Source of the DNA: Bigelowiella natans CCMP2755 | Lineage: Eukaryota; Protista; Cercozoa | DNA: 64,000 nucleotides | Direction of reading: 5' to 3' | NCBI GenBank assembly: GCA_000320545.1 | Contig: ADNK01002063.1 | Span: 13,936 to 77,935 of the forward strand | Shown: piece after piece, positions 12,373 to 24,979 of the stretch | Position numbering within the stretch: the first letter of the stretch is position 1 | How the letters are laid out: every line of letters begins with the position of its first letter | Notes under the pieces: model-generated | What the model saw: the letters and a program-made list of their open reading frames with translations, nothing else | Told to the model about the DNA's origin: nothing | Database searches by the model: none | Program-made: the position numbers and the translations under genes

Positions 12373-13464
12373 GAGAGACCTGCCGAGTTTGGGGAAGAGC
12401 AGAGGAGAAGAATCGTTAGTATCACACTTGGTTCAGCAAATTCAGACTCTCCAACAGCAACAACAACAACAACAACAACAGCGAGAGCGGACAAAAGTAT
12501 CCATCTCCGAAGCCCCACCCCCAAACAAAACCAGTAAGAATCGTAGTAGTGGTAGCGGCAACAGCAGCACCCACATCAGTGATACAGAGACTACTTCCAA
12601 ATCACCGCAGCAATCCCCCCCCCCACCCTCCTCCTCCTCCTCCTCCTCCGCGTCCACCACCATCAAAACCCCCTCCAGTCCTCCTAAGTTAACTTCGTCA
12701 TCTTCATCGCCGTCATCCCCGACACCAACAACAGCATCAGCGGCGGCCACAACATCCAAAAATATCACCGCCACTAGCAGCGGCGCCTCCAAGAGCAAAA
12801 CCAACGCTACGGCCATCGCCGTTCCAAAGCCGCGCGTGAGCAACCACACGAACGCTGCTACCGCTCCCGCCAAAGTGCTGCTGCTGGCAAATGAAACGGC
12901 CCCATCGCCTACCTATGTAGTCACGCAAGAGGAGAGGCGACGGGTGGGGAGAACCCTGCTCAGCATCTTCAGAAATCGTGAGGTCACAGAGACGCAAGAG
13001 GGTAACTGCGATTGCTACGCCGCGTACGTCGCTCGGAAGATGCGGTGCAGCGAAAGTGCGGTTGAGCGGCTCGCGCCAAAATCCTCGTGCAAGTGCGCCG
13101 GGGCAGGAGCCAACGACACCGCTTTCGCGTCCAGAAGCTTGACAACCAAGGGGCGCAGGGAGGAGGTAATCGTGCCCTTCAGGATTGATGAAAATTGGTG
13201 GTGATGATGATGATGATGATGATGACGATGCTATGATACTTGAATGAAGGAGGGAGGAGGGGGAGGGGGAGGGGGGGATGACGTGAACACCGAGTTCCTA
13301 AATCTCTCTCTTGTTCCAATGAGTAGCCGCCGCCGCCGCCACCGCCACGTTATGATTAGTATTCTATAAGTTGGGAGTCATTTAGTAGAGAGGTTTCCAC
13401 ACGTCCAAACCAAACATGCATATAATTAATAAAGAGGTAAATGAACATCTTTATTTTTTGAATC

Positions 13465-13522
<58 letters not shown>

Positions 13523-14672
13523 TCAGCTATTCCTCGGGCTCACGCTCTACCAGCACCATTGCCATGTCACCTGCTCGCAGGGGGCCGGCGTCCGGCCGCA
13601 CAACGCTGGTCTCTTCTCCCAACTGCACATCAAATGGCATGAAATCGTGTTCAAAGAACTACGGTTCCGACCCGTCTCCACGCAGGGATATTCCATCCTC
13701 AACGCCGCGTGGGGGTATCTTCCGCAGAAGTGCGCGCACGGCGCGCTTGAGTGCTACTTCGAGAGGCGGCGCCACGCGTGCGCGACGAAGGAGGAGGCTC
13801 TCGAGAACGTCCAGTCGTGGGCAAAGGTCAACAAGGAAAGGAGGAGCGCGAAGAGTCAGGACACGCAGGTTAGCGGTCGCGAGATAGAGGAGGCCAAAAA
13901 CGAGATGAAGCTGGCCAACGGCTATTTCGCGCGGTTTTTGATGTGGAAACGGGGGCTCTCCTTCACAGACATGGTGGGGGTCACGACGCGGTACATCTTC
14001 CAGCCCAACGCAGCGCTCAGGAAAAGGATTTTCGGGGAGATGGAGCGCTTGGGGCTAGTGCCGGGGGAGTTCCTGGGGGTCAACTTGAGGAGGGGCAAGG
14101 ACAAGCTCTCGGAGGGAATCACGATCCAACCCTACGAGGAGGTGGCGGTAGCGATCCAGGAGCATTGCAGGCAGCACAACGTCTCGACTGTCCACTTCAT
14201 GTCCGACGACGAGGAGATCCTGGCCTTCCTTCGCGCCCGGTTGAGGGGCATCCGCTTCACGCACATCCCGCGCCAGCGGAAGGAGCACGGGAAAAACTGG
14301 GACGAGACCGGGTACTTGGTGATGAATTGCTTTATTATCAGCCTCGGCGCACATTTCGTGGGATCGCTCACCTCCAACCTCGCGCGGTTCATCCTGGAGC
14401 TGCAGCTTGGGTGGTCCGCTTTCGGACTGGAAACCCCCTCCTTCACCGACCTGGACGAGTATCTGGACATGAAGAGGCTGAGGGAGGGGTGGTACTTCTG
14501 CGCGGGGAATCACTGTGGGCTGTGCAGGTGGAACGAGACTGTTAATCGCGTTTGCCACGTCCTCACGCCGTGCCCTTGGTGCAAAACGGGAGGCTACTGT
14601 ACACCTGTGGGATGCGAAGACGAAGGAATACAACTGACTAGCGTGGACACCGGCGCCATTATGAAGATTTAG
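11130..14672 (+). CDS. Type II membrane glycosyltransferase, GT23 (alpha-1,6-fucosyltransferase FUT8/NodZ-like) with coiled-coil and polyQ/Ser-Thr stem
   Basis: N-terminal TM (IFLCAGMVLIVLATIPLSM), coiled-coil and low-complexity exon 12125-13165. The last exon has FLGVNLRRGKDK, VHFMSDD and FVGSLTSNLAR, matching the three GT23 motifs (GVHVRRTDK, xxTDD, TFSSxV). Confidence 0.75.
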
Positions 14673-14695
14673 CTTATTAATACTAGTATTAGATA

Positions 14696-14738
<43 letters not shown>

Positions 14739-14829
14739 ATATTACAATATATATATAATATATGCTTAGTGCAACGGCGTGTGCAAGCCGTGTATTTGTA
14801 TCAGGTATGCCACGATGAGTAGACACGTA

Positions 14830-15460
14830 CATCTATACATGTGTACAGGTCGTCGGCACATTTGTGCGTGCCTAGCGCTAGCTAGGTGCGCTCGACTTGT
14901 TGTTTTTGTTGTGTGTGCGCACTTGCATGTTGCATCCTGCACACATGCACATGCACCATCGATCATGCATGATCTAGATGATGTTGTTATTGCCGCACTC
15001 TGTGCGCGCAGCGCACGCTACTAGAGCACGCGCTCTAGCTAGCTAGCGCTGCATGGCTAGATGGGTAGATGCAATGTGCGTGTGCACACGTGCATGTGTG
15101 CGACGACCCATGCCAGCATGGCTTAGCTAGTTAGATGCATCACGCCAGTAGTACGTGCAATGCGCGTGCTAGCGTGTTTTCATGTGTTCATGTGTACGTC
15201 GATCATGAGCATAGTCGATGCAGCTTTAATGATCTAGATAATGGTTAGCTCACTAGCTGTGGAGCTTGCTGGCTATGCGTCACAAGCGCAGCAATATGCG
15301 TCTACTAGACTTCACACACAACACACACACACACACATCACAACTAGACAACACTAGAACATGTTGTTGACATCTAGACGCGCCTAGACACACGCTATCG
15401 ATGAAATAGCACGGTCCCGCGCGGTCACCATCATTGACCGTTGCAAACTGCTAATCATCT
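14830..15460. other. TpA-reduced, CTAG-rich intergenic tract between convergent genes
   Basis: Runs such as TGTGCGTGTGCACACGTGCATGTGTGCG and many GCTAGC/CTAG; starts just after an intact (TA)n at ~14701-14733. Confidence 0.7.
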
Positions 15461-15591
15461 CTCTAGCTTGCCCACTTTATTCTAGCAGCACAGATGCATG
15501 CATTTAATGACACATTTACAGCTGTTGCCTTTGTTAGTCTAAGAATAACATTGCAGTGTAGTAGGCACATGAGCCAGGCCGACTAAAGAAC

Positions 15592-15634
<43 letters not shown>

Positions 15635-15679
15635 AATATACATATGTACATTATCACATGAAAAGCGCCGATTCTCAAT

Positions 15680-17037
15680 TCATTTATTCGGTGCTCCGTC
15701 ACTGCTCTGCGAGGAAGATGATGATGATGCAGGGCCAGGAGAATGAACCCCCCCGTCTCCGACCTCTTCGGCAGAGCGACTACTGCTAATGAAAAGGATT
15801 GCAGCGTCATTGGACATGGAAAGGCAACTTTCAATGCAGAATCGCTCGATTACTACCTGCGAGAGGGCGATCGTCGTCGTCGTCTCCGGCTTTTCTTTCT
15901 TTTCCTTCGTTTCTTTCTCTTCCGACGCTCCTCTCGGTGGTCATCGTCCTCCTCCGAGTTGGCCATGTCATCAGCTGCGGTACATATGTGTGTGCGTGCT
16001 TGTGTATGTGTGTGTGCGTGTGTGATATGCGCGCGCGCGAGAGAGAGAGAGCGAGGGGGGGGGAGGGGGGGAGAGAGGAACACACACATTGATCAAAGAG
16101 CTGCTGAATATGCAATAACATTCACTGCACGGCAAATGGCCGACTTGAAGGACCGACAGAAAAACAATCTTCAGCGCTTTTTGCATCCTCTCTAGTTTGC
16201 TATAAATCTCCTCGTTTCTATGCAAACGAGGACATCTATCTCACGAGAGCATGAACCTTCAACGGAACAGATGCTCTGCTCTGTACGGCGCTTTGCGATT
16301 ATCCGAGACCTGAGGAGGAGGAGGAGGAGGAGGAGGAGGAGGAGGAGGAGAAAAAAGAAAGAAAATGAATAAATGCAACGGAGGAAGGGATTTCATATAC
16401 ACGGAAATTCGTCATATAAGCTCACACTCTTTCGCGCGCGCGCATGCACACAAACACACATCGCCATCAACTGTTTAAACGACTTTTTTAATGACAACAT
16501 AGTTTGAATGATACTTCCGTTTGAGTGATAGGGTCAAAGACGCATATCCGGCAGAGGAGAGGTACATGACTCGAATAGGCACCTAATATGAAGGCAGGAC
16601 TAATGTTCTATATCGTATAGAAACACGGCGAAACAAAGCAAAGATCATCTTCTCAATCGTCCCATGAAAACTGATAGGGAAAAAGAACACCGAGGTTCCT
16701 TTTATCACCACAGGTCTTCTGGTGGGATTACAACACTGACTGCCCGTCGTGGGGAATGACTATTTTTGTGTTTTTGTTCGTGAAATCCACTTTGCATCAA
16801 AGGCCCTTCAACGCGTATTTGTTCCAATGCTCGCAGTGCTATCGCCGTCGTCTCCCCCCCCCCTCCCTCTCTCTTTCCCCATCTCTCTTCCTCCTCTTCT
16901 TCTTTCTTCTTCTTCTTCTCGTTGTTGTTGGCTGACCCCTTTGTAGGCCCTCCCCACGAAGTACTTGTACACGTTCTGGGCGACAGCGACGTCGCTGAGC
17001 TCTATCACGACTAACGGTGGTGGGTGGCGGTGGTACA

Positions 17038-17102
<65 letters not shown>

Positions 17103-17463
17103 TGTGTGTGTGCCCTACTGCATTCTACAAAAACCATATCGCAAAACATGCACACGAAGTTGTAGTAGTAGTAGTAGCGAAAGCCCTCACCATGCCCCTT
17201 GACGGTGTATGGCCCCGAGAGAATCTGCCCTCCATGATCCACGAGCACACTCTGCACTTCGCGCGCAACCTACGCGTTGGCATGGGGAGAGGCAGGTGCA
17301 AAGCCGATGTGTCAAAGAACTGAGATGCAAGAGACCGACGAAGCTCGCGATGTAATTCACCTCGTTCTCGATGTTCATGTAGTATTCGCGTGTGAGTACC
17401 ACGTAGCTGCAGTAGCAAAGGAGGGTATCGCTCAACGAGGTACGATGGTATTTTATATTATTT

Positions 17464-17500
<37 letters not shown>

Positions 17501-17861
17501 CTCGCTCACTCTTTAGCATTATTCCTCTAGTACACCACAGGATGAAAGACGCAGCAGCAACGCTGCAAGGGATACGGCTCTTTTTCATTTCACATCACTC
17601 ATGCTTTGACAAGGCGCGGGATGACAGCTCAAAACCGTTGTCTTCTCCTTCGGTGCTCATGACTACATCTACATGCTGCTACTACCTGCTCGGGGTACAC
17701 AAGCCATTTAGGCACACGTACGGCGTGGCAATCGGAGAAGGCTAGATCGAGTAGGATACAACACAATACCTTTGCTTACAAAGCGGGAATGAAATGCCAT
17801 ATGGCATGGCTGAAGATTCCATCAAAATCATCACTAGAGCCATTCTCATATCATCATCAGG

Positions 17862-17894
<33 letters not shown>

Positions 17895-18556
17895 TTGCTG
17901 CTGCTGCTGCTACTACCTGTAGAGCTTCCATAGCGTCCATTTCAATCGAGGTCTTCGGTACCATTGGTGGAGGATTCACGGGGCCTGCAAACATTGATCA
18001 TAAGCAGCGGGTTTCGTAATCAACCACCATTCTATGCTCAGGACCTGGGATCGAAGGAGGCGGCGCTCTGCCAACCTGCAAAACGACGTCATCAGTCCTC
18101 ATCTAGCTCTCGCACAGTTGTTGTTTTGATGGTAGGTAAAGAATGGTGGATGGTGAGTAGACAGTGATGAAGCTGAAAAAGAGTGCCGGGGAATATTCGC
18201 TGCGTGATAAAGCGAGCGACGTCGTTTTCGAGGACAGAATCGTCGATGCTCTCGCTGCACGATACCCATCCGAATTTCCATTTGTGAGAGGAAGCCTTAC
18301 CTGTGATGTGGTGCTGGACGATGTGGTGAGAAGTGGTACCCTATCGCAATGACGACAAGAAGAAGAAAGAAAAATGAGAAGAAAACAGAGAGAGGAGGAG
18401 AAGGGGGGGGGGGGGGGGGGGAGGGTGACGGGCGTTACGACGGTATTTGTGAGCGGTAGTTTGAAATTGAATGGGGAATGACGGCAGCGATGACTTGGAA
18501 GAAGCAGCAGTAGCTCTGTTTTGGAGGTATTCAACGTTGTTGTGCATGTCGGGCAT
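15680..18556 (-). CDS. RRM/UHM-like, RS-rich putative RNA-binding protein, multi-exon; boundaries approximate
   Basis: Spliced segments EYYMNIENE|VAREVQSVLVDHGGQIL...|VVIELSDVAVAQNVYKYFVGRAYKG|VPIRVMY resemble a UHM-type RRM; C-terminal RRKRKKSRRRRRRSPSR. Confidence 0.45.
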
Positions 18557-18694
18557 TGCACGACCAACAGTCTGCGCTCTCGGTGCCTTTTTTACGAATT
18601 TTATATTTATATTAAAAAAGGAGGAGGAGAATCATCACCCCCATTTGATCAGTCAAACAACAAGCTGCATTAGGGAGATTCACCATCACCACTC

Positions 18695-18744
18695 CATTCG
18701 TCATTAAACAAGCTGCATTCGTCATTTAACAAGCTGCATTCGTC
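18695..18744. repeat. 21-bp tandem repeat (CATTCGTCATTWAACAAGCTG x ~2.4)
   Basis: Directly visible; a further partial unit AACAAGCTGCATT at ~18659-18671. Confidence 0.8.
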
Positions 18745-19139
18745 GTCATCGCATCGGACGTACGTAGCTGAGAATGGACCCCGGGCGTGATGAGTCGGTG
18801 ATGTTCTGAGCCATGTAATCCACAGTAGTAGCACGTGAGACGCCGCCGAGAGTGCGCTCGATGTATCATCATTTTTTATGATAAAAAATAGTCGTAATCA
18901 GTACCTTAACCTTCTTTCTAAACACATTGTTGTGGGTGCTGTGACTGCTGGCGAGCGGGATGGCCCTCTCTCGCATCTGATGGATCTGATAGTAACAGCC
19001 GATGGATGGGGAGGGGGGGGAAGGGAGGGGGAATGATGATGGGGGAAAACTACTTGAAGGTCTACGTGTTTATTATTTACTAAGTTTTATTAAATCATTA
19101 CGAATACTTAGGGACGACAAGGATATGAACGTTCTAAAT

Positions 19140-20910
19140 GCCATTCTCCCAATTCACGCCAAAAGAGGTTGATGGTAAATGCCCCCATACGCCTCCGCGT
19201 ACCGCGCATAACACCCTCAATTTATGCGAAAACCAACAGCATCTCATCATTTTGGGTGATCTAACCGGAGTACCTTCGCCTCGTAGTCTTGCTTTAAGAA
19301 AGCTGCATCCTTACGATGCGACTCAACTGCCCCTTTTAAGGAGGAGTTCTTTTCCTAAGAGCCATGATGGTTTCCAATTGTAAACGATTTTTTTTCAGTC
19401 ACGTCGCAGATCGATTCGCCGTATAAGTACGACTTTACCTTCAAAGCCGAGATTTCCTTCCTTTGATTTTTCGTTTCAGCCTGACGGAAGCTGGTTAAGA
19501 GGCGAGATCCCTCAATAGAACTATCAAATTCCTACCTCAAGGTGCTGGATGGTACTTAATTGGCCGTTTCTGATGATAGGTATACCGTACAAGTGAGTGT
19601 TCATTAGCAAACAAAGGTAGGATATATTCGCACTTACGAGATGTTCCCTCCAAGGTCCTCCTTCAGTCGATTCACCAGAGCTTGCAGCTGCAAAGCCGTG
19701 TTTCTCAATAAAATTCGAAGAGCGCCACATCGGTGAGAATGGGAGTCAAGTACCTCTTCGCATTTCTTCTTAAGTTGAGAAGCTTCACGGGTTTTCGCAT
19801 GCAATGCTGTCAGCATTACACTCGAAGATACTCGAATCTTTCAATATCAAAAGAGCCAAAGAGCCCGCAGATGACCATGGAAAAACAACCCAACAATTTA
19901 TAATGGCTACGTTCCACACGGAATGTCATATTTCCATGGCCAACAACAAGAGAAACAGTCTTTGGGAAGGTTTTCCACATCATGCAAAAGGAGATAGATT
20001 TTACCTCCGTTGTCCATATCAAGTCTCCATTTTCCCCAGGTTTCATCTTTGTTTTTTGCACCAAAATGAACACTCGTATTACGAATCAATATCAATAGTT
20101 ACCAATTAACTGCTGATGAAGTGTGAAACCAGCGAAAATAATAGAAATACATGATATCTTACCGCTCCTGCCGACGGAATAGACAAGGAAATGCGATGAT
20201 CTATGAACGATGGGACTGCACTCTTTTCAGCATTTTCGACGGTGTGGTTGTTCAGTATCCCTGAGGATTTCCTCTCCTTCACATCCGTGGCCATGCTTTT
20301 CAACCGATTCATTTCCTCTTTACTAAGGCTTTCCGACTGAAAGGAAAAAGGGTCAATGTCGCTGAGCACTCTGCAGCCTTCTCTCAGAACTGGAGAGAAA
20401 ACATAAGTGAAGAGGGTGGCGCCCTAGTGCGCTTGAGGTTCGATTTGATGACATTTTCAGGCCACTTTCGTGCACATCGCAATCATCGCAACTACCATTA
20501 ATTTCGAGCACGGTGCTGTGAGGGGGTGGCTAACGAAGGTGCGTGTGCCTCGGACGATACTTGGAGTACACTTCGGTTTCGCCGGTGATTTTATATGAGC
20601 GACAAGCGTTTTGCATGAAACGTGCTAATAAATGTAAGAAGTATCCTGAACTCCACGCCAGTGACCCGTACGACCTGGTACAATTTCGAACATCTGTTTT
20701 TCTGGTGTCGCAGAGAAATAGCGGGTTATTTTTTATTGATGCGACTGGATTTATATCGCGGATTTCCCTTCTTTTCCGTCTAAAAAGCAGGGCTCAATGC
20801 GCCGTGAGAATACCGAAGAGACACACTTTGGTTGAAGAACGAAGAACCAAAATCTCTCGATGTCTCCGAGGGTCTCGAAGGACGAGCAGCAACAGATCCT
20901 CGTCGCATCT
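19140..20910 (-). CDS. Hypothetical protein, multi-exon, unknown function; boundaries approximate
   Basis: Several exon-like segments with GT/AG ends (ESLSKEEMNRLKSMATDVKE..., WGKWRLDMDNGGKIYLLLHD, LQLQALVNRLKEDLGG); no motif recognised. Confidence 0.35.
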
Positions 20911-21329
20911 GTAAAATAGAGAAAAACTCCATGTCGCTAAGTTAATTCGCAAGTACGAAATATTGTCATGAAACGAGAAGATACCGTCATTTTTCATATT
21001 CCAAGAATCTCCGTCACACGCACGGAGCTTGGCGGGCAGGGTGTGGACGACGCGCTTAGTGACCAGAGCAAGGTAGCTGCTGTAGCTGCTACAATCCTTG
21101 CTCTCGCGATTCTATCGGAAAGGTGAATGTGTGCGCGGCGTATGACGAGATGCAGTGATGACAATGACGAGTGGTGATGGCTGACGAGACGACGACGACG
21201 ATGGTGATGATGAGAATATGATGTCTTTAGTACACGCTGCTGTTGATCGAAACGTAACTCCTCGATACTAACTTAGCCCAAATTTGGCCTTTGCTTTTTG
21301 CCCCAATCGCGACGTCCGCAGATATCCGA

Positions 21330-21915
21330 GCAAAAAGTAATTCTCACACATGCTGCTCGCGATCAAGGCCCGCAAATTTGTTGTGGCCCAATGTAGTTGC
21401 AAATCTGGCGACATAAGTCCCCTGGTGAAGGCAATGTGGAGGGCAATTTGGAAGTTCTAGGTTACATGTACACACCGCGTGCAATCAGTAAGCGAACGCG
21501 CAGGCACAACTAGACAAGCTCTCTAGAACTCTTCCTTCTAGCCTTGGTCAATCTAAATGAGACACAACTACATTGCATTGCAGCATGTGTGTTTATGCAC
21601 ATGCTGTCGAATTGCAAGAACGATGGTGCACTGCCGATGCTGATGATACGACGTAGGCCGGACATGCGATGGCGTGGTTGCGGCGTGCGTCACATGCACG
21701 TGCGCACGCCATGTATGCATGCATGGTCTGCTACTGTGTGCAGCAACAACGCATCTAGCCACGCGACTTACACATGCTAGCATGGCCCAGCATGGATGAT
21801 ATAAATTCTAAACGTCTACATCACACTGTACGCGTAGTGGAGCACGGCCGATATGCAGGCTAGCACGAAGAACGACTTCTCATGGATAAATCGTTGCCTG
21901 TGACACATGCATGAG
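21330..21915. other. TpA-reduced intergenic tract
   Basis: CATG/TGCA/CTAG-rich sequence downstream of SETD3, e.g. CACATGCACGTGCGCACGCCATG. Confidence 0.6.
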
Positions 21916-21943
21916 CGCTTATTCTCTTTCATCGAACACCGCT

Positions 21944-23363
21944 TCAATCCGCCTTTTTTTCTCCCGCCTTCGAGTCCCCAGCCCCCTTAAACAATAGGCA
22001 TTTCTGCAGCGCGGCTTTCTCTTTCATTCGGAGCCGAATAGCTACGCGAGCGTTGGCAGAGAGGGATTTATCGTCCTTGAGTCGCTTCTCGTCCTCCTCC
22101 AAAGTAGTCTTATACCTTCAAGAATCGATAAGTAAGGTTGGGGGCATTCTGATACATATATCTTACGTTCTTTGCTATCTAAATAAGGTTTTTGCAACAA
22201 GAACAAGAGCACGGTATCGAGAAGGTACTTTGCAAGAGTCCTCTTGACGACTTCGTGTAGTAGGGCAACAGCTTCCGCCTCGTTTCTGTCACTCAGCTTG
22301 CTGATAACAGCTGTCTTTGCCTTGAGGACTGTAGCAGCCTCTTCCTTATTGCAACGACAAATACGGAGCCAAGTCATACAGATATCTGATGGCGCCCCGG
22401 TTGCGGACGTAATGCGAAACGGCTGGATCATCGATGTGAGCCGACGGTTTTGCAGCAGCAGCTTTCTGATTTTCGAGACTGAGGAGTCACTGTCTTCGTG
22501 AGAAAACACGACCTAATTTTGGTACGACAAGAAGGCGATTTGTGAAGGCATTTCTCTCTAAATAATGACAACTACAAGAGATAACGATGCAGGATAAGCG
22601 TATGCCACTACATGAGATAACGATGCAGGGTAAGCGTATGCAGTAGTAGCTGTACATTATGTATTTTCAATCTTGACATATCAAATGTATGTATTTTATA
22701 TTTATTTTATATTTAAATATTTTGAAAAGCAGAAACTATTATAGCACTATTGTGGGATTTACTGATAGTAGAGAGATCATTCGTCGTCGTTACTCAACGC
22801 ATTTGACATCATCATCATCATTATCATCATCATCATCCTATCTACACACCTCAACGTAGTCCTCCTTGTTGTCATCAGCAACAAAGCCAGAGAACAAGAA
22901 CAGCTTCGAGTTCGGCCTGTACCACGTATATCGTATCAGGAAAAACACAAAGAAGGAAACTACAACATCTAGGAGCCCCCTTCCTACTGACTAGTTCTTA
23001 GACTGTAAGAATAAAAATCACCTTTTCCCGTAGTAAATATATATCTGCTTTCCTTCTTTGATATCGTCCATCGTGAAGCTCTCACTCGCATGAACCTCAT
23101 CGTTGTACTGCGTGGTGAGTTCTCCGTCGCGAAAGTTGCAGAAGTCCCACCCCGGGATAAGGGCGAGGACGCTCTGGGAAGACGATTCCTGTGAGGGGGG
23201 GGAAAAATCGGAACTTGTTGTTTCTTTCAGCATGTTTGAATTGTCCCGCAACTCGGCGGCGAATGGCCATGCGGCGGGACCAAAAGCATCAGCGTCTTCT
23301 TCTCAAATATATTATACATGTATATATATGGTTGAGTAAACATGTTGAGCAATGTTGGGGAAT

Positions 23364-23402
<39 letters not shown>

Positions 23403-24229
23403 CATACATATTATTACATTTATATTTATACCTTGGACGGTATTCTGTTCTGCCTAGTCATCACCACTCCGACAGCCCACCGGAAATCACGATACGTAAA
23501 TTTAGGAAGCTTTAACATCACGGTTGGGCGTCCTTTGAGTAGCTTTGTGGTGAGGATGTACTGCCTCAGCGTTTGCTTCTGAATCTTCAGGGCATCGTAG
23601 TGGGCCGGGCTGCCTTCAAGCAAGGACAATTCCTCCGTTGTGTAGAATAGGGGGAGGGTGAAGTGGCGAGGGAGAGCGTCCAGGTAGGATTTGTGGAAGC
23701 TGCTCGGGTTCAGGCTTTCGAACATCACATGCACGGCCAGCATCAAGTTGGGCATTCTGGCGAAAGTCGGGTCCTTCATTAGAACCGCACCGACCGGAGA
23801 TTGCGAGGCCTGTGCAGATGTAATCATGACGTCTCGCGGTATCTCTATGAACTTCTCGTGGCGCTTGAGGGCGCGTTTCGCCACGATGCCGCTGCCCTCT
23901 TCCAAGCCGTCCCACTTGAACTCGAAGGCGTCGCCGAGCTTACAATCAGGCGCGTTCTTCGAAAGCCAAGCGCTGAATTTTTCTCCAGCTTCCTTCCTAT
24001 CGCCATCGCTTCTTTTGAAGCGATCCCCATCCACCACAGCTTGGGCTTTGATGAGCTCGAGGACAGGTTTCTGCTGGTAAGCGATCTGTTTTTGGAGTTC
24101 CTCCAGGTCCTCCTTGATGTATGTCCCCCCGATTTTCTGCGGCTTAAAGCTCGCCACAACCTGTGAAAGTAATGCAAGCTTCGCCTTGCAAGGATCCTTG
24201 GCCGCTCGTCCGCCCTTCTTCTTCGCCAT
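21944..24229 (-). CDS. SETD3: SETD3-like SET-domain (actin-histidine) methyltransferase with Rubisco-LSMT substrate-binding domain
   Basis: MAKKKGG...; YLDALP..LPLFY; FRWAVGVVMTRQNRIP; ALIPGWDFCNF...TTQYN; QIYIYYGKR|PNSKLFLFSGFV; YKTTLEEDE...AIRLRMKEK, TGA at 21944-21946. These follow the SETD3 motif order. Confidence 0.85.
22571..22641. repeat. 36-bp tandem duplication in a SETD3 intron
   Basis: ACTACAAGAGATAACGATGCAGGATAAGCGTATGC followed by ACTACATGAGATAACGATGCAGGGTAAGCGTATGC. Confidence 0.8.
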
Positions 24230-24887
24230 GCTCCTCGTCGGACGGGTGTATCGCCTTTCGGAATGTGGAACCCACAAATAGAATCAGTGCAAATTAGGCA
24301 AAATATTGTCGGTATTTAGACCAATTTTTCCCCTCCTTTTATGCTCTTTCGAGAGTTACTTATCCAGCTGCGGAAAAGCTTGTACGTTACCCGATCACGT
24401 AAATATTACCAATTATTTATGACCAAATTGTCCGTTTCAGAACAGTCAAATGGCCTCAGATTCGTCGGAGATGCCTCTCAGAATGCGCAGGAAGTACGCA
24501 GGCACGAGCACCCGATTTTTTATTTTCATTCCATCGTTTTTTCTCTCTTTTCTCTTGTTGGCGTTCTGAACCGGAAATCTACCAAGATCCCATTACACTT
24601 CATCAATACGACATGAACATCGAGGATGCATTCTTTACTAAATTCGAAGATAGTCGCCAACGGCCGATCTCGAACTATACTGAATCTCCAGAAGATCTCG
24701 AAGATTTCCATGAATCTCTGGAGGAGCTCGCGAGTCCACAGTCGATTGGCAGCTCTGCCCCATGTAGGGATGGCATCAGTGATTCTCTCTTTGTATTTTG
24801 TCATGACGATCGGTTCTTCGAAACATTATTTCTTTAAGTTTTGTTAGCTGTAAGCTTGGTTTAGAACTTATCGGTTTACTGTCTTCT

Positions 24888-24943
<56 letters not shown>

Positions 24944-24979
24944 ATGTGTATATTTTCATTTTCTACTAGATTGGGGATT

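Noticed and set aside
13943-14633. Long alternative-frame and antisense ORFs over the GT23 exon (likewise 23616-24177 and 39892-40845)
   Set aside because: Shadow ORFs of GC-rich coding sequence.
18657-18744. CRISPR-like array
   Set aside because: A simple head-to-tail 21-bp tandem repeat without unique spacers, in a eukaryotic context with no cas genes.
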